64,000 bases of DNA from Escherichia coli. Lineage in GTDB: Bacteria; Pseudomonadota; Gammaproteobacteria; Enterobacterales; Enterobacteriaceae. The notes under the pieces are model-generated. The model did no database searches. It was not told the origin of the DNA and saw nothing but the letters and a program-made list of their open reading frames with translations. The stretch is from the NCBI RefSeq assembly GCF_044324875.1, contig NZ_CP172185.1; one strand, written 5' to 3'. Position numbers and translations under genes: made by a program. How positions within the stretch are numbered: position 1 is the first letter of the stretch; each line of letters opens with the position of its first letter. Shown piece after piece: positions 13,785 through 25,497 of this stretch.

Positions 13785-15074
13785 TTAGCTGAACAGAGAG
13801 TAGAAGATTGCGGAGATTGCAATCAGACCCATCACGACAACGAATACGTTGCTGATGTGACCGCTGTACTTACGCATTGCCGGTACTTTCTGAATTGCGT
13901 ACATCGGCATCAGGAACAGGATCATCGCGATGATTGGGCCGCCCAGGGTTTCAATCATACCCAGGATGCTCGGGTTCAGGGTGGCAACAATCCAGGTCGT
14001 TACCAGCATGAACAGCGCAGTAATACGGTTCAGCTTGTTGATTTCGATAGACTTACCTTTACCACGCAGAGATTTAATCACCATACCGTTGAAGCCTTCA
14101 CGTGCGCCCAGGTAGTGGCCGAGGAAGGATTTGGTGATAGCGATAATCGCGATAATCGGTGCCATCCACGCGATAACCGGTGCGTTAAAGTGGTTAGCCA
14201 GGTAAGACAGAATCGAGATGTTCTGCTCTTTAGCCGCAGCCAGGTCTGCCGGAGTCAGGCTCAGTACGCAGCTGAATACGAAGAACATTACGGTCAGCAC
14301 CATCATGATGTGTGCGAATGCCAGGATCTTCGAGCATTTCTGTTCTGCCATATCGCCGTACTCTTCACGCTTCGCAACAGCGAAAGAAGAGATGATCGGA
14401 GAGTGGTTGAACGAGAACACCATTACCGGAATTGCCAGCCACAGGGTCATCCACAGACCGTTTCCGGTTGCCGATGCAGTGTCCAGAGACAGCGTTTCCA
14501 GTGCTGCGCCGTTCCACTGCGGGATCAGGTACAGAGCCAGCAGCATCAGTACGCCAACAAACGGGAATACCAGAATACTCATCGCTTTAACGATCATCTG
14601 CTCACCGAAGCGAACGATGGTCATCATACCCACGATCAGGATCAGCGACAGAATCGCACGCGGCGGTGGTGTCATACCCAGCTGGTGAGACATGAAGCTT
14701 TCAACTGTATTGGTGATTGCCACGCTATAAACCAGCAGGATCGGGTAGATAGCGAAGAAGTAGAGCAGGGTAATCAGTTTACCTGCGCCAATACCAAAGT
14801 GTTCTTCTACAACCTCGGTGATGTCTTCGCCCGGGTTTTTACCAGACAGTACGAAGCGAGTCAGACCGCGGTGAGCAAAAAATGTCATCGGGAACGCAAG
14901 GATAGCCATGATGATCAGCGGGATCATACCGCCAACACCGGCGTTGATTGGCAGGAACAGCACGCCCGCGCCGATTGCCGTGCCGTAAAGGCCCAGCATC
15001 CACATGGTGTCTGTCTTGCGCCAGGCACTACGAGAGTCTTTCGACGCAATCGTGCTGGTTTGAGTCGTTTCCAT
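13785..15074 (-). CDS. sdaC: Serine:H+ symporter SdaC
   Basis: 429-aa polytopic membrane ORF of the HAAAP family, recognised as SdaC. Confidence 0.95.
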   Translation of the reverse strand: METTQTSTIASKDSRSAWRKTDTMWMLGLYGTAIGAGVLFLPINAGVGGMIPLIIMAILAFPMTFFAHRGLTRFVLSGKNPGEDITEVVEEHFGIGAGKLITLLYFFAIYPILLVYSVAITNTVESFMSHQLGMTPPPRAILSLILIVGMMTIVRFGEQMIVKAMSILVFPFVGVLMLLALYLIPQWNGAALETLSLDTASATGNGLWMTLWLAIPVMVFSFNHSPIISSFAVAKREEYGDMAEQKCSKILAFAHIMMVLTVMFFVFSCVLSLTPADLAAAKEQNISILSYLANHFNAPVIAWMAPIIAIIAITKSFLGHYLGAREGFNGMVIKSLRGKGKSIEINKLNRITALFMLVTTWIVATLNPSILGMIETLGGPIIAMILFLMPMYAIQKVPAMRKYSGHISNVFVVVMGLIAISAIFYSLFS

Positions 15075-15585
15075 CTATTTCTCCTGGAGGAATGCAAATA
15101 ATTCAGCTTTTAGCCAGTTCAGCCCGGGAAGGTGCCTGACCGTAAAAATGAAATCTGTCTATCGGCGATGGCTTAATCATTTACCGCCGTAATAATTTGA
15201 GGGCGGAAAGATACACACAAGTTATGTATCTATCAGTGATCTTGATCCCAAATACAATAATCTACTTGGAAGATAGATTATCCCAACGCTTTACTCTGTA
15301 AATCAAAAGTAAAAGAGAATTTAAGGGCAATATTTGCCCATTAAACGACATCTGACTTCTTCCGGGGCGCGCAATATATGTAGGTTGAACTGAAAAAATC
15401 AATACTTTTAGTTAATCATGGCGATAATTTCTTTTTCATAGCGATAAAATGTGGTTTATGAAAATAGGTAAACGTTTGCGTTACAACATAAATTGTATGA
15501 CATATTAACTGTAATGATATTTATCGCGTGAGGGTGGTAAGAAACATTCATATAACAAATGAAATAAATTGATGGGTATGTGACC

Positions 15586-15620
15586 AAAAACGAGAAAACC
15601 CGGCAACAAACGTCACCGGG
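15586..15620 (-). terminator. Intrinsic terminator downstream of ppnN
   Basis: The minus strand reads CCCGGUGACGUUUGUUGCCGGG followed by UUUUCUCGUUUUU, immediately after the ppnN stop codon. Confidence 0.6.
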
Positions 15621-15629
15621 GGAGGGAGA

Positions 15630-16994
15630 TTACGTGCAGATTTCGTAGCAAGGGATGTAGGCTGAGCCTGGCAACTTCATACGATGCTGGGCAACAAAAC
15701 CCTGTAGCAGGTCATCCATACGACGCATAATCTCTTTATCGCCGTTGATTTTATAAGGACCAAACTCTTCAATGGCGCGAATACCGACTTCTTTTACGTT
15801 ACCCGCCACAATACCGGAGAACGCACGGCGCAGGTCGGCAGCCAGCACTTCAACGGGTTGATCCGGGTAAAGCTTCAGATTAGCCATATTCTCGTGAGAC
15901 GGCTCAAACGGCATTTGCAAATCTGGCGCAATGCGCATTGACCAGTTAAAGCTGTAGGCATCGCCTGTGTCGCGGCGATTTTCTTTCACCAGCGGCATCG
16001 ATTTTTTCATCTGACGAGCGACTTCAGCGGCGTCATCAATGATGATGCGGTAATGGCGGCGCGCGTTTTCACCCAACGTATGCACGACAAACTCGTCCAG
16101 TACGCGGAAGTAGTCGGCGCTCTCTTTCGGGCCGGTGAGGATCAATGGTAAAACCTGATCTTTGTTGGCCGGGTTCATTAAAATTCCCAGCAAATACAGC
16201 AACTCTTCTGCCGTACCCACACCGCCAGGGAAGATAATGATACCGTGAGCGATACGGACAAACGCTTCCAGACGTTTTTCGATATCTGGCATGATGATCA
16301 ATTCGTTGACCAGCGGGTTAGGCGGTTCAGCGGCGATAATCGACGGCTCTGTCATACCAATAAAACGACTGTCTTTGTAACGCTGCTGTGCGTGTCCGAC
16401 CGCAGCGCCTTTCATCGGCGCTTCCATCGCTCCCGGACCACAGCCGGTGCAGATATTCAGCTCACGCAGGCCCAGCTGATTCCCGACGCGACGGGCATAC
16501 AAATACTCGTTTTCGTTAATTGAGTGCCCGCCCCAGCAGACCACCATATTTGGCGCTTCACCGACATGCAGTGCGCGAGCGTTACGCAAGATGGAAAAGA
16601 CCAGGTTAGTGATGTGGACGGAGTTGTCGAGATTCAGGTTGGGAAAACGAACGGTGTTATGGATTTGCCCGTAAACGAAGAGAATGTCACGCAGAACCGC
16701 GAACAAGTTGGCCTGCAAAGCGCGAATAATTCGCCCATCGACAAAAGCCTCTTCCGGGGGATTAATCAGTTCCAGCTTTACGCCGCGTTCACGGCGCAGG
16801 ACGTTAATATCGAAATTTTCAAAACGAGACAGCAATTCTTTGCTGTTATCGGTCAAACTACCGGAGTTCAGTACGGCAAGTGAACAGTTGCGAAACAGTT
16901 GATAGAGGTCGCTGCTGGCGGTGCGTTTAAGCATATCCACTTCCAGCTGCGACAACATATCCATGGAGCCAAGCGGGCTAATATGTGTAATCAA
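15630..16994 (-). CDS. ppnN: Pyrimidine/purine nucleotide 5'-monophosphate nucleosidase PpnN (YgdH, LOG family)
   Basis: 454-aa ORF with a LOG-family motif (PGGVGTAEE), recognised as YgdH/PpnN. Confidence 0.9.
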
Positions 16995-17105
16995 GAAAAA
17001 CTCCTTATGGGACGAATATCGTCATTCCCTTTGATTACAATAGCCCTGCCTGATGACCTTTCACAACCTTCTGCGTGAATCCAGCACGCAAAATTGAGAA
17101 AAAAT

Positions 17106-17954
17106 TTATTGCCGAACCAGTCTTGTGGTCGATGGGACAAAATCGCTATTACTGCGCCACGGGTTAATGTCCAGACCGCCACGACGGGTATAACGTGCGT
17201 AAACGCTCAATTTCTCTGGCTGGCAGAAGCGTAACAGGTCATTAAAGATGCGTTCCACGCACTGTTCGTGGAACTCGTTGTGATGACGGAAAGAAACCAG
17301 GTAACGCAGCAGTTTTTCTCTGTCAATTTGGCGTCCACGATACTGAATTTGGATCGATCCCCAATCTGGTTGATGGGTGATCAGGCAATTTGATTTCAGC
17401 AGGTGGCTGACGAGCGTCTCTTCTACTACTTTTTCGCCACTGGTGGCATTCTCCAGATAGTCAGTAGTGAATTCATAGTTATCGATAGTGATATCCTGGT
17501 CATCAATGCAAGTGCCATTGAAATGACCTATCGGTTGGCCTTCCAGTTCATCAAGACGATATAACGCCACGCTAACCTTACCCTGAGCGCAAGTGCTTAA
17601 GTCGCGCTCCAGCGTCTGGCGCACCTCATCCCAGTTATTAAAACGCGTCTGGTTAAAACTGTTGAGATAGAGCTTAAAACTCTTCGACTCAATCAGATTT
17701 GCGCTGGTGTAATCAAGTTCAACATGACCGACGGCGACCTGCGGCAAACCTTTCGCATTCAGCCAGGAAAGTTCATATAGCGTCCAGATATCCGTACCGT
17801 GAAAAGGCAGGTTATCCGCTTTCAGACCCAGCGGATCGCGATTCAGACTACGCGGAACGCCTTGCAGTAGGCTGGCGTCATAGGTATCCCGGTAATCGGT
17901 TGATTTTCCAAGAGTCAGGCCCGCAAGTGCCTGATGGTTTGCATAAGAAGACAT
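17106..17954 (-). CDS. queF: NADPH-dependent 7-cyano-7-deazaguanine reductase QueF
   Basis: 282-aa ORF recognised as YqcD/QueF (two-domain type). Confidence 0.9.
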
Positions 17955-18021
17955 GTTTCACCGTCATAAACCAGATAAACTAAACGACAAGTGTATCTGG
18001 TTTAAGTGAAGAGAGAAATTA

Positions 18022-18567
18022 GTGGACGATTTGACCGCACAAGCCCTGAAAGATTTTACTGCACGCTACTGCGATGCGTGGCATGAAGAGCATAAAAGCT
18101 GGCCGTTGAGTGAGGAACTGTACGGCGTTCCTTCACCGTGCATTATTTCAACCACCGAAGACGCCGTATACTGGCAACCCCAGCCGTTTACCGGGGAACA
18201 AAATGTAAACGCGGTTGAACGCGCTTTTGATATTGTGATACAACCCACAATTCATACCTTTTATACGACTCAGTTTGCCGGGGATATGCACGCGCAGTTT
18301 AGCGATATTAAACTGACATTGCTGCAAACCTGGAGTGAAGACGACTTCCGTCGGGTGCAGGAAAATCTGATTGGTCATCTGGTGACTCAGAAAAGGCTAA
18401 AATTGCCGCCCACGCTATTTATCGCGACGCTGGAAGAAGAGTTAGAGGTGATCTCGGTGTGTAATCTCTCCGGTGAAGTGTGTAAAGAGACGCTGGGAAC
18501 ACGTAAACGGGCGCATTTAGCCTCAAATCTTGCGGAATTCCTTAATCAACTTAAGCCTCTTCTGTAA
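18022..18567 (+). CDS. syd: SecY-interacting protein Syd
   Basis: 181-aa ORF with a GTG start, recognised as Syd. Confidence 0.85.
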   Translation: MDDLTAQALKDFTARYCDAWHEEHKSWPLSEELYGVPSPCIISTTEDAVYWQPQPFTGEQNVNAVERAFDIVIQPTIHTFYTTQFAGDMHAQFSDIKLTLLQTWSEDDFRRVQENLIGHLVTQKRLKLPPTLFIATLEEELEVISVCNLSGEVCKETLGTRKRAHLASNLAEFLNQLKPLL

Positions 18568-18586
18568 TCCAAATACCCCATCTGGT

Positions 18587-18604
18587 TGTGAGAGATCTCT
18601 TACA
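18587..18604. promoter_or_regulatory. UvrY (BarA/UvrY) binding palindrome upstream of csrB
   Basis: tgtgagagatctcttaca is an 18-bp perfect palindrome about 175 bp upstream of the csrB start. It matches the known UvrY/SirA box of csrB promoters. Confidence 0.7.
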
Positions 18605-18777
18605 GACTCTGTAGGAGATCGCCAGGAAATAAGCGAATACTTAAAAAGATAAGAATCGTTATTTTCATTTAAAATCAATATATTGCTTGTTAATCCTTAA
18701 CTTTCATATTAAATTTTCCTTAAGGCATTGTCTGTAAGCGCCTTGTAAGACTTCGCGAAAAAGACGATTCTATCTTC

Positions 18778-19146
18778 GTCGACAGGGAGTCAGACAACGA
18801 AGTGAACATCAGGATGATGACACTTCTGAAGGACACACCAGGATGGTGTTTCAGGGAAAGGCTTCTGGATGAAGCGAAGAGGATGACGCAGGACGCGTTA
18901 AAGGACACCTCCAGGATGGAGAATGAGAACCGGTCAGGATGATTCGGTGGGTCAGGAAGGCCAGGGACACTTCAGGATGAAGTATCACATCGGGGTGGTG
19001 TGAGCAGGAAGCAATAGTTCAGGATGAACGATTGGCCGCAAGGCCAGAGGAAAAGTTGTCAAGGATGAGCAGGGAGCAACAAAAGTAGCTGGAATGCTGC
19101 GAAACGAACCGGGAGCACTGTGAATACAGTGCTCCCTTTTTTTATT
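18778..19146 (+). ncRNA. csrB: CsrB, CsrA-sequestering sRNA
   Basis: Begins GTCGACAGGGAGTCAGACAACGAAGTGAACATCAGGATG. Roughly twenty (C)AGGA(U)G / GGA motifs are spread over about 370 nt with no ORF. It ends in hairpin GGGAGCACTGTGAATACAGTGCTCCC plus a T-run. Confidence 0.9.
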
Positions 19147-19188
19147 CCTGCTATTCTTCGCGGCAGTTTTTCTTATTGAGGTTGCTTT

Positions 19189-19518
19189 ATGACCACTCAT
19201 GACCGCGTTCGTCTCCAGTTGCAGGCGCTTGAAGCGTTACTGCGTGAACATCAGCACTGGCGAAACGATGAACCCCAGCCGCATCAATTTAATAGTACCC
19301 AACCGTTCTTTATGGACACCATGGAACCACTGGAGTGGTTGCAGTGGGTGCTGATCCCGCGAATGCACGATTTGTTAGAAAACAACCAGCCGTTACCGGG
19401 CGCTTTTGCCGTTGCTCCCTATTATGAAATGGCGCTGGCGACGGACCACCCGCAACGCGCGCTTATTCTGGCTGAGCTGGAAAAACTGGATGCTCTTTTT
19501 GCGGATGATGCGAGCTAA
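19189..19518 (+). CDS. yqcC: DUF446-family protein YqcC
   Basis: 109-aa ORF whose stop overlaps the truC start (TAATG). Conserved neighbour of truC. Confidence 0.8.
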   Translation: MTTHDRVRLQLQALEALLREHQHWRNDEPQPHQFNSTQPFFMDTMEPLEWLQWVLIPRMHDLLENNQPLPGAFAVAPYYEMALATDHPQRALILAELEKLDALFADDAS

Positions 19519-20300
19519 TGCTGGAAATACTCTATCAGGATGAATGGCTGGTTGCGGTAAATAAACCCTCCGGCTGGCTGGTTCACCGCAGCTGGCTGGA
19601 TCGCGACGAGAAAGTAGTGGTCATGCAAACCGTGCGTGACCAGATAGGCCAGCATGTGTTTACTGCTCATCGTCTGGACCGACCAACTTCTGGTGTGTTG
19701 TTGATGGGATTATCCAGCGAGGCCGGACGGCTGCTGGCACAACAGTTTGAACAGCACCAAATCCAGAAACGTTACCATGCGATTGTGCGCGGCTGGTTGA
19801 TGGAAGAAGCAGTTCTGGATTATCCACTGGTGGAAGAACTGGACAAAATCGCTGATAAATTTGCCCGCGAAGATAAAGGCCCACAGCCAGCAGTGACGCA
19901 TTATCGCGGTCTGGCGACCGTAGAAATGCCGGTAGCGACCGGACGTTACCCGACCACGCGCTACGGCCTGGTGGAACTGGAGCCGAAAACCGGACGCAAG
20001 CACCAGCTCCGTCGCCATCTTGCCCATTTGCGCCACCCGATTATTGGCGACAGCAAACATGGTGATTTACGCCAGAATCGCAGCGGTGCTGAGCATTTTG
20101 GCCTTCAGCGGTTAATGTTGCATGCCAGTCAGTTGTCATTGACGCATCCTTTTACTGGCGAGCCGCTGACTATTCACGCGGGCCTGGACGACACCTGGAT
20201 GCAGGCGTTATCACAATTTGGCTGGCGCGGTCTGCTTCCTGAAAATGAAAGGGTTGAGTTCAGTGCGCCATCGGGTCAGGATGGAGAGATAAGTTCCTAA
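19518..20300 (+). CDS. truC: tRNA pseudouridine(65) synthase TruC
   Basis: 260-aa ORF with the RluA-family motif HRLDRPTSG. Confidence 0.9.
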   Translation: MLEILYQDEWLVAVNKPSGWLVHRSWLDRDEKVVVMQTVRDQIGQHVFTAHRLDRPTSGVLLMGLSSEAGRLLAQQFEQHQIQKRYHAIVRGWLMEEAVLDYPLVEELDKIADKFAREDKGPQPAVTHYRGLATVEMPVATGRYPTTRYGLVELEPKTGRKHQLRRHLAHLRHPIIGDSKHGDLRQNRSGAEHFGLQRLMLHASQLSLTHPFTGEPLTIHAGLDDTWMQALSQFGWRGLLPENERVEFSAPSGQDGEISS

Positions 20301-20317
20301 TCCAGGGAGAAAACGGT

Positions 20318-20767
20318 ATGGCGGAAATTGGTATTTTTGTCGGCACCATGTACGGAAATTCGCTGTTAGTGGCGGAAGAAGCAGAAGCAATTCTGACCGC
20401 ACAGGGCCACAAAGCAACGGTATTTGAAGATCCTGAATTAAGCGACTGGCTGCCCTATCAGGATAAGTATGTTCTGGTGGTTACGTCCACGACCGGGCAG
20501 GGCGACCTTCCTGATAGCATTGTGCCGCTCTTTCAGGGAATCAAAGATACCCTGGGCTTCCAGCCGAATCTGCGTTATGGCGTGATTGCGCTCGGCGACA
20601 GTAGTTATGTGAATTTCTGCAATGGCGGCAAACAGTTCGATGCCTTGTTGCAGGAACAGAGCGCTCAGCGAGTGGGAGAAATGCTGTTGATTGACGCCAG
20701 TGAGAACCCGGAACCGGAAACGGAATCAAATCCGTGGGTCGAACATTGGGGCACGCTGTTGTCCTGA
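20318..20767 (+). CDS. yqcA: Flavodoxin-like protein YqcA
   Basis: 149-aa ORF with a flavodoxin fold signature ([11 protein letters not shown]). Confidence 0.85.
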   Translation: MAEIGIFVGTMYGNSLLVAEEAEAILTAQGHKATVFEDPELSDWLPYQDKYVLVVTSTTGQGDLPDSIVPLFQGIKDTLGFQPNLRYGVIALGDSSYVNFCNGGKQFDALLQEQSAQRVGEMLLIDASENPEPETESNPWVEHWGTLLS

Positions 20768-21201
20768 TACGTTCAGCGAGCGGTAAATGCCGTTTTAGCG
20801 GTGCTGAATCGAATCTTTTCAGGCAAATGCCAGTAAAAACTGCTTCATAGCGCGGATTTTTACTGGCGTTTGCCTGGAGTCAAGCGATCCATTTCATACT
20901 CTTCTTTATTTCTTCGTTTTAACCCTTCCTTTCTTGTTCTTGTTTTCATTTCCGTGAAGTGGATTCCACCGTCCAGGGCTAATGCCAAAATCGGGCCTCA
21001 TTGAACGCATTAATGTTGTGTTGTTGCACGGTGAGCCACTATGGCGCGCTTTTTATACTGCTATTGCCAGATATAAACACGCGCCGTATTCGGCGAACGA
21101 CCTATAAAAACGGCAAAAAACACCCTACGTCACCTCTGATTTCCTGGCGATGTCGCAGTCCAGAGTGAGCGTGGCTAACGCGAATTTTCAGGAGTGCAAC
21201 A

Positions 21202-22554
21202 ATGAGTTCTTTAAGTCAGGCTGCGAGCAGTGTGGAAAAACGCACAAATGCTCGTTACTGGATAGTGGTGATGTTGTTTATCGTCACATCCTTCAACTAC
21301 GGCGACCGCGCTACGCTTTCTATTGCCGGTTCGGAAATGGCCAAAGATATCGGCCTTGATCCCGTGGGAATGGGCTATGTGTTCTCTGCTTTCTCATGGG
21401 CTTATGTTATCGGACAGATCCCTGGTGGTTGGTTGCTGGATCGTTTTGGTTCAAAACGCGTCTACTTCTGGTCGATCTTTATCTGGTCGATGTTTACCTT
21501 GCTGCAAGGCTTCGTCGATATTTTTAGTGGATTCGGCATTATCGTTGCCCTGTTTACGCTGCGCTTCCTGGTCGGGCTTGCTGAAGCGCCATCTTTCCCC
21601 GGCAACAGTCGCATTGTTGCGGCCTGGTTTCCGGCGCAGGAAAGGGGAACGGCGGTGTCGATTTTTAACTCCGCTCAATACTTCGCAACGGTGATCTTCG
21701 CGCCGATTATGGGCTGGCTGACGCATGAAGTGGGCTGGTCACACGTCTTCTTCTTTATGGGCGGTCTGGGCATTGTCATCAGCTTTATCTGGTTGAAAGT
21801 CATCCACGAGCCAAATCAACATCCGGGTGTAAATCAGAAAGAGCTGGAGTACATCGCCGCGGGTGGCGCGCTGATCAATATGGATCAGCAAAATACCAAA
21901 GTTAAAGTGCCGTTCAGCGTGAAGTGGGGGCAGATCAAACAGCTGCTCGGGTCACGGATGATGATCGGCGTTTATATCGGTCAGTACTGTATCAACGCCC
22001 TGACTTACTTTTTCATTACCTGGTTTCCGGTTTATCTGGTGCAGGCGCGTGGGATGTCGATCCTGAAAGCGGGCTTTGTGGCTTCCGTTCCGGCGGTTTG
22101 CGGTTTTATCGGCGGTGTGCTGGGTGGGATTATTTCCGACTGGCTGATGCGCCGCACGGGATCGCTGAACATTGCGCGTAAAACACCGATCGTAATGGGC
22201 ATGTTGCTGTCGATGGTGATGGTGTTCTGCAACTACGTCAACGTTGAGTGGATGATCATCGGTTTTATGGCGCTGGCCTTCTTCGGTAAGGGCATCGGGG
22301 CGCTGGGTTGGGCAGTAATGGCAGATACCGCGCCAAAAGAGATCAGCGGTCTTTCCGGTGGCCTGTTCAACATGTTCGGTAACATTTCTGGCATCGTCAC
22401 GCCAATCGCAATTGGTTATATCGTTGGCACGACTGGCTCGTTTAATGGGGCGCTGATTTATGTTGGTGTTCATGCCTTAATCGCGGTGCTGAGCTACCTG
22501 GTGCTGGTGGGCGATATCAAGCGTATCGAGCTGAAACCTGTCGCGGGGCAATAA
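21202..22554 (+). CDS. gudP: D-glucarate/galactarate MFS transporter GudP
   Basis: 450-aa 12-TM MFS ORF and first gene of gudPXD. Confidence 0.9.
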   Translation: MSSLSQAASSVEKRTNARYWIVVMLFIVTSFNYGDRATLSIAGSEMAKDIGLDPVGMGYVFSAFSWAYVIGQIPGGWLLDRFGSKRVYFWSIFIWSMFTLLQGFVDIFSGFGIIVALFTLRFLVGLAEAPSFPGNSRIVAAWFPAQERGTAVSIFNSAQYFATVIFAPIMGWLTHEVGWSHVFFFMGGLGIVISFIWLKVIHEPNQHPGVNQKELEYIAAGGALINMDQQNTKVKVPFSVKWGQIKQLLGSRMMIGVYIGQYCINALTYFFITWFPVYLVQARGMSILKAGFVASVPAVCGFIGGVLGGIISDWLMRRTGSLNIARKTPIVMGMLLSMVMVFCNYVNVEWMIIGFMALAFFGKGIGALGWAVMADTAPKEISGLSGGLFNMFGNISGIVTPIAIGYIVGTTGSFNGALIYVGVHALIAVLSYLVLVGDIKRIELKPVAGQ

Positions 22555-22555
22555 G

Positions 22556-23896
22556 ATGACGACACAATCCAGTCCTGTTATTACTGATATGAAAGTCATT
22601 CCGGTCGCCGGGCACGATAGCATGTTGCTTAATATTGGTGGGGCGCATAACGCATATTTCACTCGCAATATTGTGGTACTCACCGATAACGCCGGGCATA
22701 CCGGCATTGGTGAAGCGCCAGGCGGAGAGGTGATTTATCAGACACTGGTCGATGCTATTCCGATGGTGTTGGGCCAGGAAGTTGCGCGCCTGAATAAAGT
22801 GGTTCAGCAGGTGCATAAAGGTAATCAGGCAGCCGATTTTGATACCTTCGGCAAAGGTGCCTGGACTTTTGAATTGCGCGTTAATGCCGTGGCGGCGCTG
22901 GAAGCCGCCTTGCTTGACCTGCTAGGTAAGGCGCTGAATGTTCCGGTCTGCGAACTGTTGGGGCCAGGCAAGCAACGCGAGGCTATTACCGTCCTCGGTT
23001 ATCTGTTTTATATCGGTGATCGGACCAAAACCGATCTTCCTTATCTGGAAAATACGCCGGGCAACCATGAGTGGTATCAATTGCGGCATCAGAAAGCGAT
23101 GAACAGCGAAGCCGTTGTGCGTCTGGCGGAAGCCTCACAGGATCGCTACGGCTTTAAAGATTTCAAACTTAAGGGCGGCGTGTTACCTGGCGAGCAAGAA
23201 ATCGACACTGTTCGTGCATTGAAGAAACGCTTCCCGGATGCGCGGATTACCGTTGATCCCAACGGTGCATGGCTGCTTGATGAAGCTATTTCTCTGTGCA
23301 AAGGGCTGAATGATGTTCTTACCTATGCTGAAGATCCATGCGGAGCAGAACAGGGGTTCTCCGGACGTGAAGTGATGGCGGAGTTTCGACGGGCGACCGG
23401 CTTGCCCGTCGCGACTAACATGATCGCCACCAACTGGCGCGAAATGGGCCATGCGGTGATGCTCAATGCGGTAGATATTCCACTTGCCGATCCGCATTTC
23501 TGGACGCTTTCCGGTGCAGTCCGCGTAGCGCAGCTTTGCGACGACTGGGGGCTGACCTGGGGCTGCCATTCCAATAATCACTTCGATATCTCTCTGGCGA
23601 TGTTTACCCATGTGGGTGCGGCGGCACCGGGTAATCCTACCGCTATCGATACCCACTGGATTTGGCAGGAGGGCGATTGTCGCCTGACCAAAAATCCGCT
23701 GGAGATTAAAAACGGAAAAATTGCCGTTCCTGATGCGCCCGGTCTGGGCGTGGAACTGGACTGGGAGCAGGTACATAAGGCGCATGAGGCCTATAAACGT
23801 CTGCCTGGCGGTGCGCGTAACGACGCGGGCCCGATGCAGTACCTGATCCCCGGCTGGACCTTTGACCGTAAACGTCCCGTTTTCGGCCGTCATTGA
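22556..23896 (+). CDS. gudX: Glucarate dehydratase-related protein GudX (enolase superfamily)
   Basis: 446-aa ORF paralogous to the following gene, with long shared blocks such as [27 protein letters not shown]. Confidence 0.9.
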   Translation: MTTQSSPVITDMKVIPVAGHDSMLLNIGGAHNAYFTRNIVVLTDNAGHTGIGEAPGGEVIYQTLVDAIPMVLGQEVARLNKVVQQVHKGNQAADFDTFGKGAWTFELRVNAVAALEAALLDLLGKALNVPVCELLGPGKQREAITVLGYLFYIGDRTKTDLPYLENTPGNHEWYQLRHQKAMNSEAVVRLAEASQDRYGFKDFKLKGGVLPGEQEIDTVRALKKRFPDARITVDPNGAWLLDEAISLCKGLNDVLTYAEDPCGAEQGFSGREVMAEFRRATGLPVATNMIATNWREMGHAVMLNAVDIPLADPHFWTLSGAVRVAQLCDDWGLTWGCHSNNHFDISLAMFTHVGAAAPGNPTAIDTHWIWQEGDCRLTKNPLEIKNGKIAVPDAPGLGVELDWEQVHKAHEAYKRLPGGARNDAGPMQYLIPGWTFDRKRPVFGRH

Positions 23897-23916
23897 TTTT
23901 GAAAAAGGACATAAAT

Positions 23917-25257
23917 ATGAGTTCTCAATTTACGACGCCTGTTGTTACTGAAATGCAGGTCATCCCGGTGGCGGGCCATGACAGTATGCTGATGAATCTG
24001 AGTGGTGCACACGCACCGTTCTTCACGCGTAATATTGTGATTATCAAAGATAATTCTGGTCACACCGGGGTAGGGGAAATTCCCGGCGGCGAGAAAATCC
24101 GTAAAACGCTGGAAGATGCGATTCCGCTAGTGGTGGGTAAAACGCTGGGTGAATACAAAAACGTTCTGACGCTGGTGCGTAATACATTTGCCGATCGTGA
24201 TGCCGGCGGGCGCGGTTTGCAGACATTTGATTTGCGGACCACTATTCATGTGGTTACCGGGATAGAAGCGGCAATGCTGGATCTGCTGGGGCAACATCTG
24301 GGGGTTAACGTGGCATCGCTGCTGGGCGATGGTCAACAGCGTAGCGAAGTCGAAATGCTCGGTTATCTGTTCTTCGTCGGTAATCGCAAAGCCACACCGC
24401 TGCCGTATCAAAGCCAGCCGGATGATAAATGTGACTGGTATCGCCTGCGTCACGAAGAAGCGATGACGCCGGATGCGGTGGTGCGCCTGGCGGAAGCGGC
24501 ATATGAAAAATATGGCTTCAACGATTTCAAACTGAAGGGCGGTGTACTGGCCGGGGAAGAAGAAGCAGAATCTATTGTGGCACTGGCGCAACGCTTCCCA
24601 CAGGCGCGTATTACCCTCGATCCTAACGGTGCCTGGTCGCTGAACGAAGCGATTAAAATTGGTAAATACCTGAAAGGTTCGCTGGCTTATGCAGAAGATC
24701 CGTGTGGTGCGGAGCAAGGTTTCTCCGGGCGTGAAGTGATGGCAGAGTTCCGTCGCGCGACTGGCCTGCCGACCGCAACCAATATGATCGCCACCGACTG
24801 GCGGCAGATGGGCCATACGCTCTCGTTACAATCCGTTGATATCCCGCTGGCGGATCCGCATTTCTGGACGATGCAAGGTTCGGTACGTGTGGCGCAAATG
24901 TGCCATGAATTTGGCCTGACCTGGGGTTCGCACTCTAACAACCACTTCGATATTTCCCTGGCGATGTTTACCCATGTAGCCGCTGCTGCACCGGGTAAAA
25001 TTACTGCTATTGATACGCACTGGATCTGGCAGGAAGGCAATCAGCGTCTGACCAAAGAACCGTTTGAGATCAAAGGCGGGCTGGTACAGGTGCCGCAAAA
25101 ACCAGGATTGGGCGTAGAAATCGATATGGATCAGGTGATGAAAGCCCACGAGCTGTATCAGAAACATGGGCTTGGTGCGCGAGACGATGCGATGGGAATG
25201 CAGTATCTGATTCCTGGCTGGACGTTTGATAACAAGCGCCCGTGCATGGTGCGTTAA
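23917..25257 (+). CDS. gudD: D-glucarate dehydratase GudD
   Basis: The ORF track starts at 23893. The recognised N-terminus [15 protein letters not shown] begins at the ATG at 23917, giving 446 aa. Confidence 0.9.
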   Translation: MSSQFTTPVVTEMQVIPVAGHDSMLMNLSGAHAPFFTRNIVIIKDNSGHTGVGEIPGGEKIRKTLEDAIPLVVGKTLGEYKNVLTLVRNTFADRDAGGRGLQTFDLRTTIHVVTGIEAAMLDLLGQHLGVNVASLLGDGQQRSEVEMLGYLFFVGNRKATPLPYQSQPDDKCDWYRLRHEEAMTPDAVVRLAEAAYEKYGFNDFKLKGGVLAGEEEAESIVALAQRFPQARITLDPNGAWSLNEAIKIGKYLKGSLAYAEDPCGAEQGFSGREVMAEFRRATGLPTATNMIATDWRQMGHTLSLQSVDIPLADPHFWTMQGSVRVAQMCHEFGLTWGSHSNNHFDISLAMFTHVAAAAPGKITAIDTHWIWQEGNQRLTKEPFEIKGGLVQVPQKPGLGVEIDMDQVMKAHELYQKHGLGARDDAMGMQYLIPGWTFDNKRPCMVR

Positions 25258-25331
25258 GACAGAAAACCAAAACCGGCTTCATAAGAAGTCGGTTTGAGAT
25301 TACTGACGAAGTGGTTTACGGGGCCGGTTTT

Positions 25332-25433
25332 CCCCCTCGCCCTTTCAGGGAGAGGGGCGGGGTGAGGGTAATCATTCGCACTTGCGTTGGCCTGTTCCCC
25401 TCACCCTAACCCTCTCCCCGGAGGGGCGAGGGG
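25332..25433. repeat. Pair of inverted GC-rich intergenic palindromic units
   Basis: Unit 1 is ccccctcgccctttcagggagaggggcggggtgaggg (25332-25378). Unit 2 is cccctcaccctaaccctctccccggaggggcgagggg (25397-25433). They are reverse complements of one another, and each has an internal hairpin. They lie in the convergent gudD/barA spacer. This is a repetitive extragenic element type common in enterobacteria, and the exact family name is uncertain. Confidence 0.6.
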
Positions 25434-25497
25434 ACTGTCTGTGCTGCTCCCAGCATTGGCATTGGACGGAACCTATTTTGACTCGACAAGACGTCCA

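Noticed and set aside
22556-25257. Tandem near-duplicate genes (gudX/gudD), considered as a possible assembly duplication or recent amplification
   Set aside because: The two ORFs are diverged paralogs with many substitutions throughout and different N-termini. This matches the known gudX-gudD pair and is an ancient duplication.
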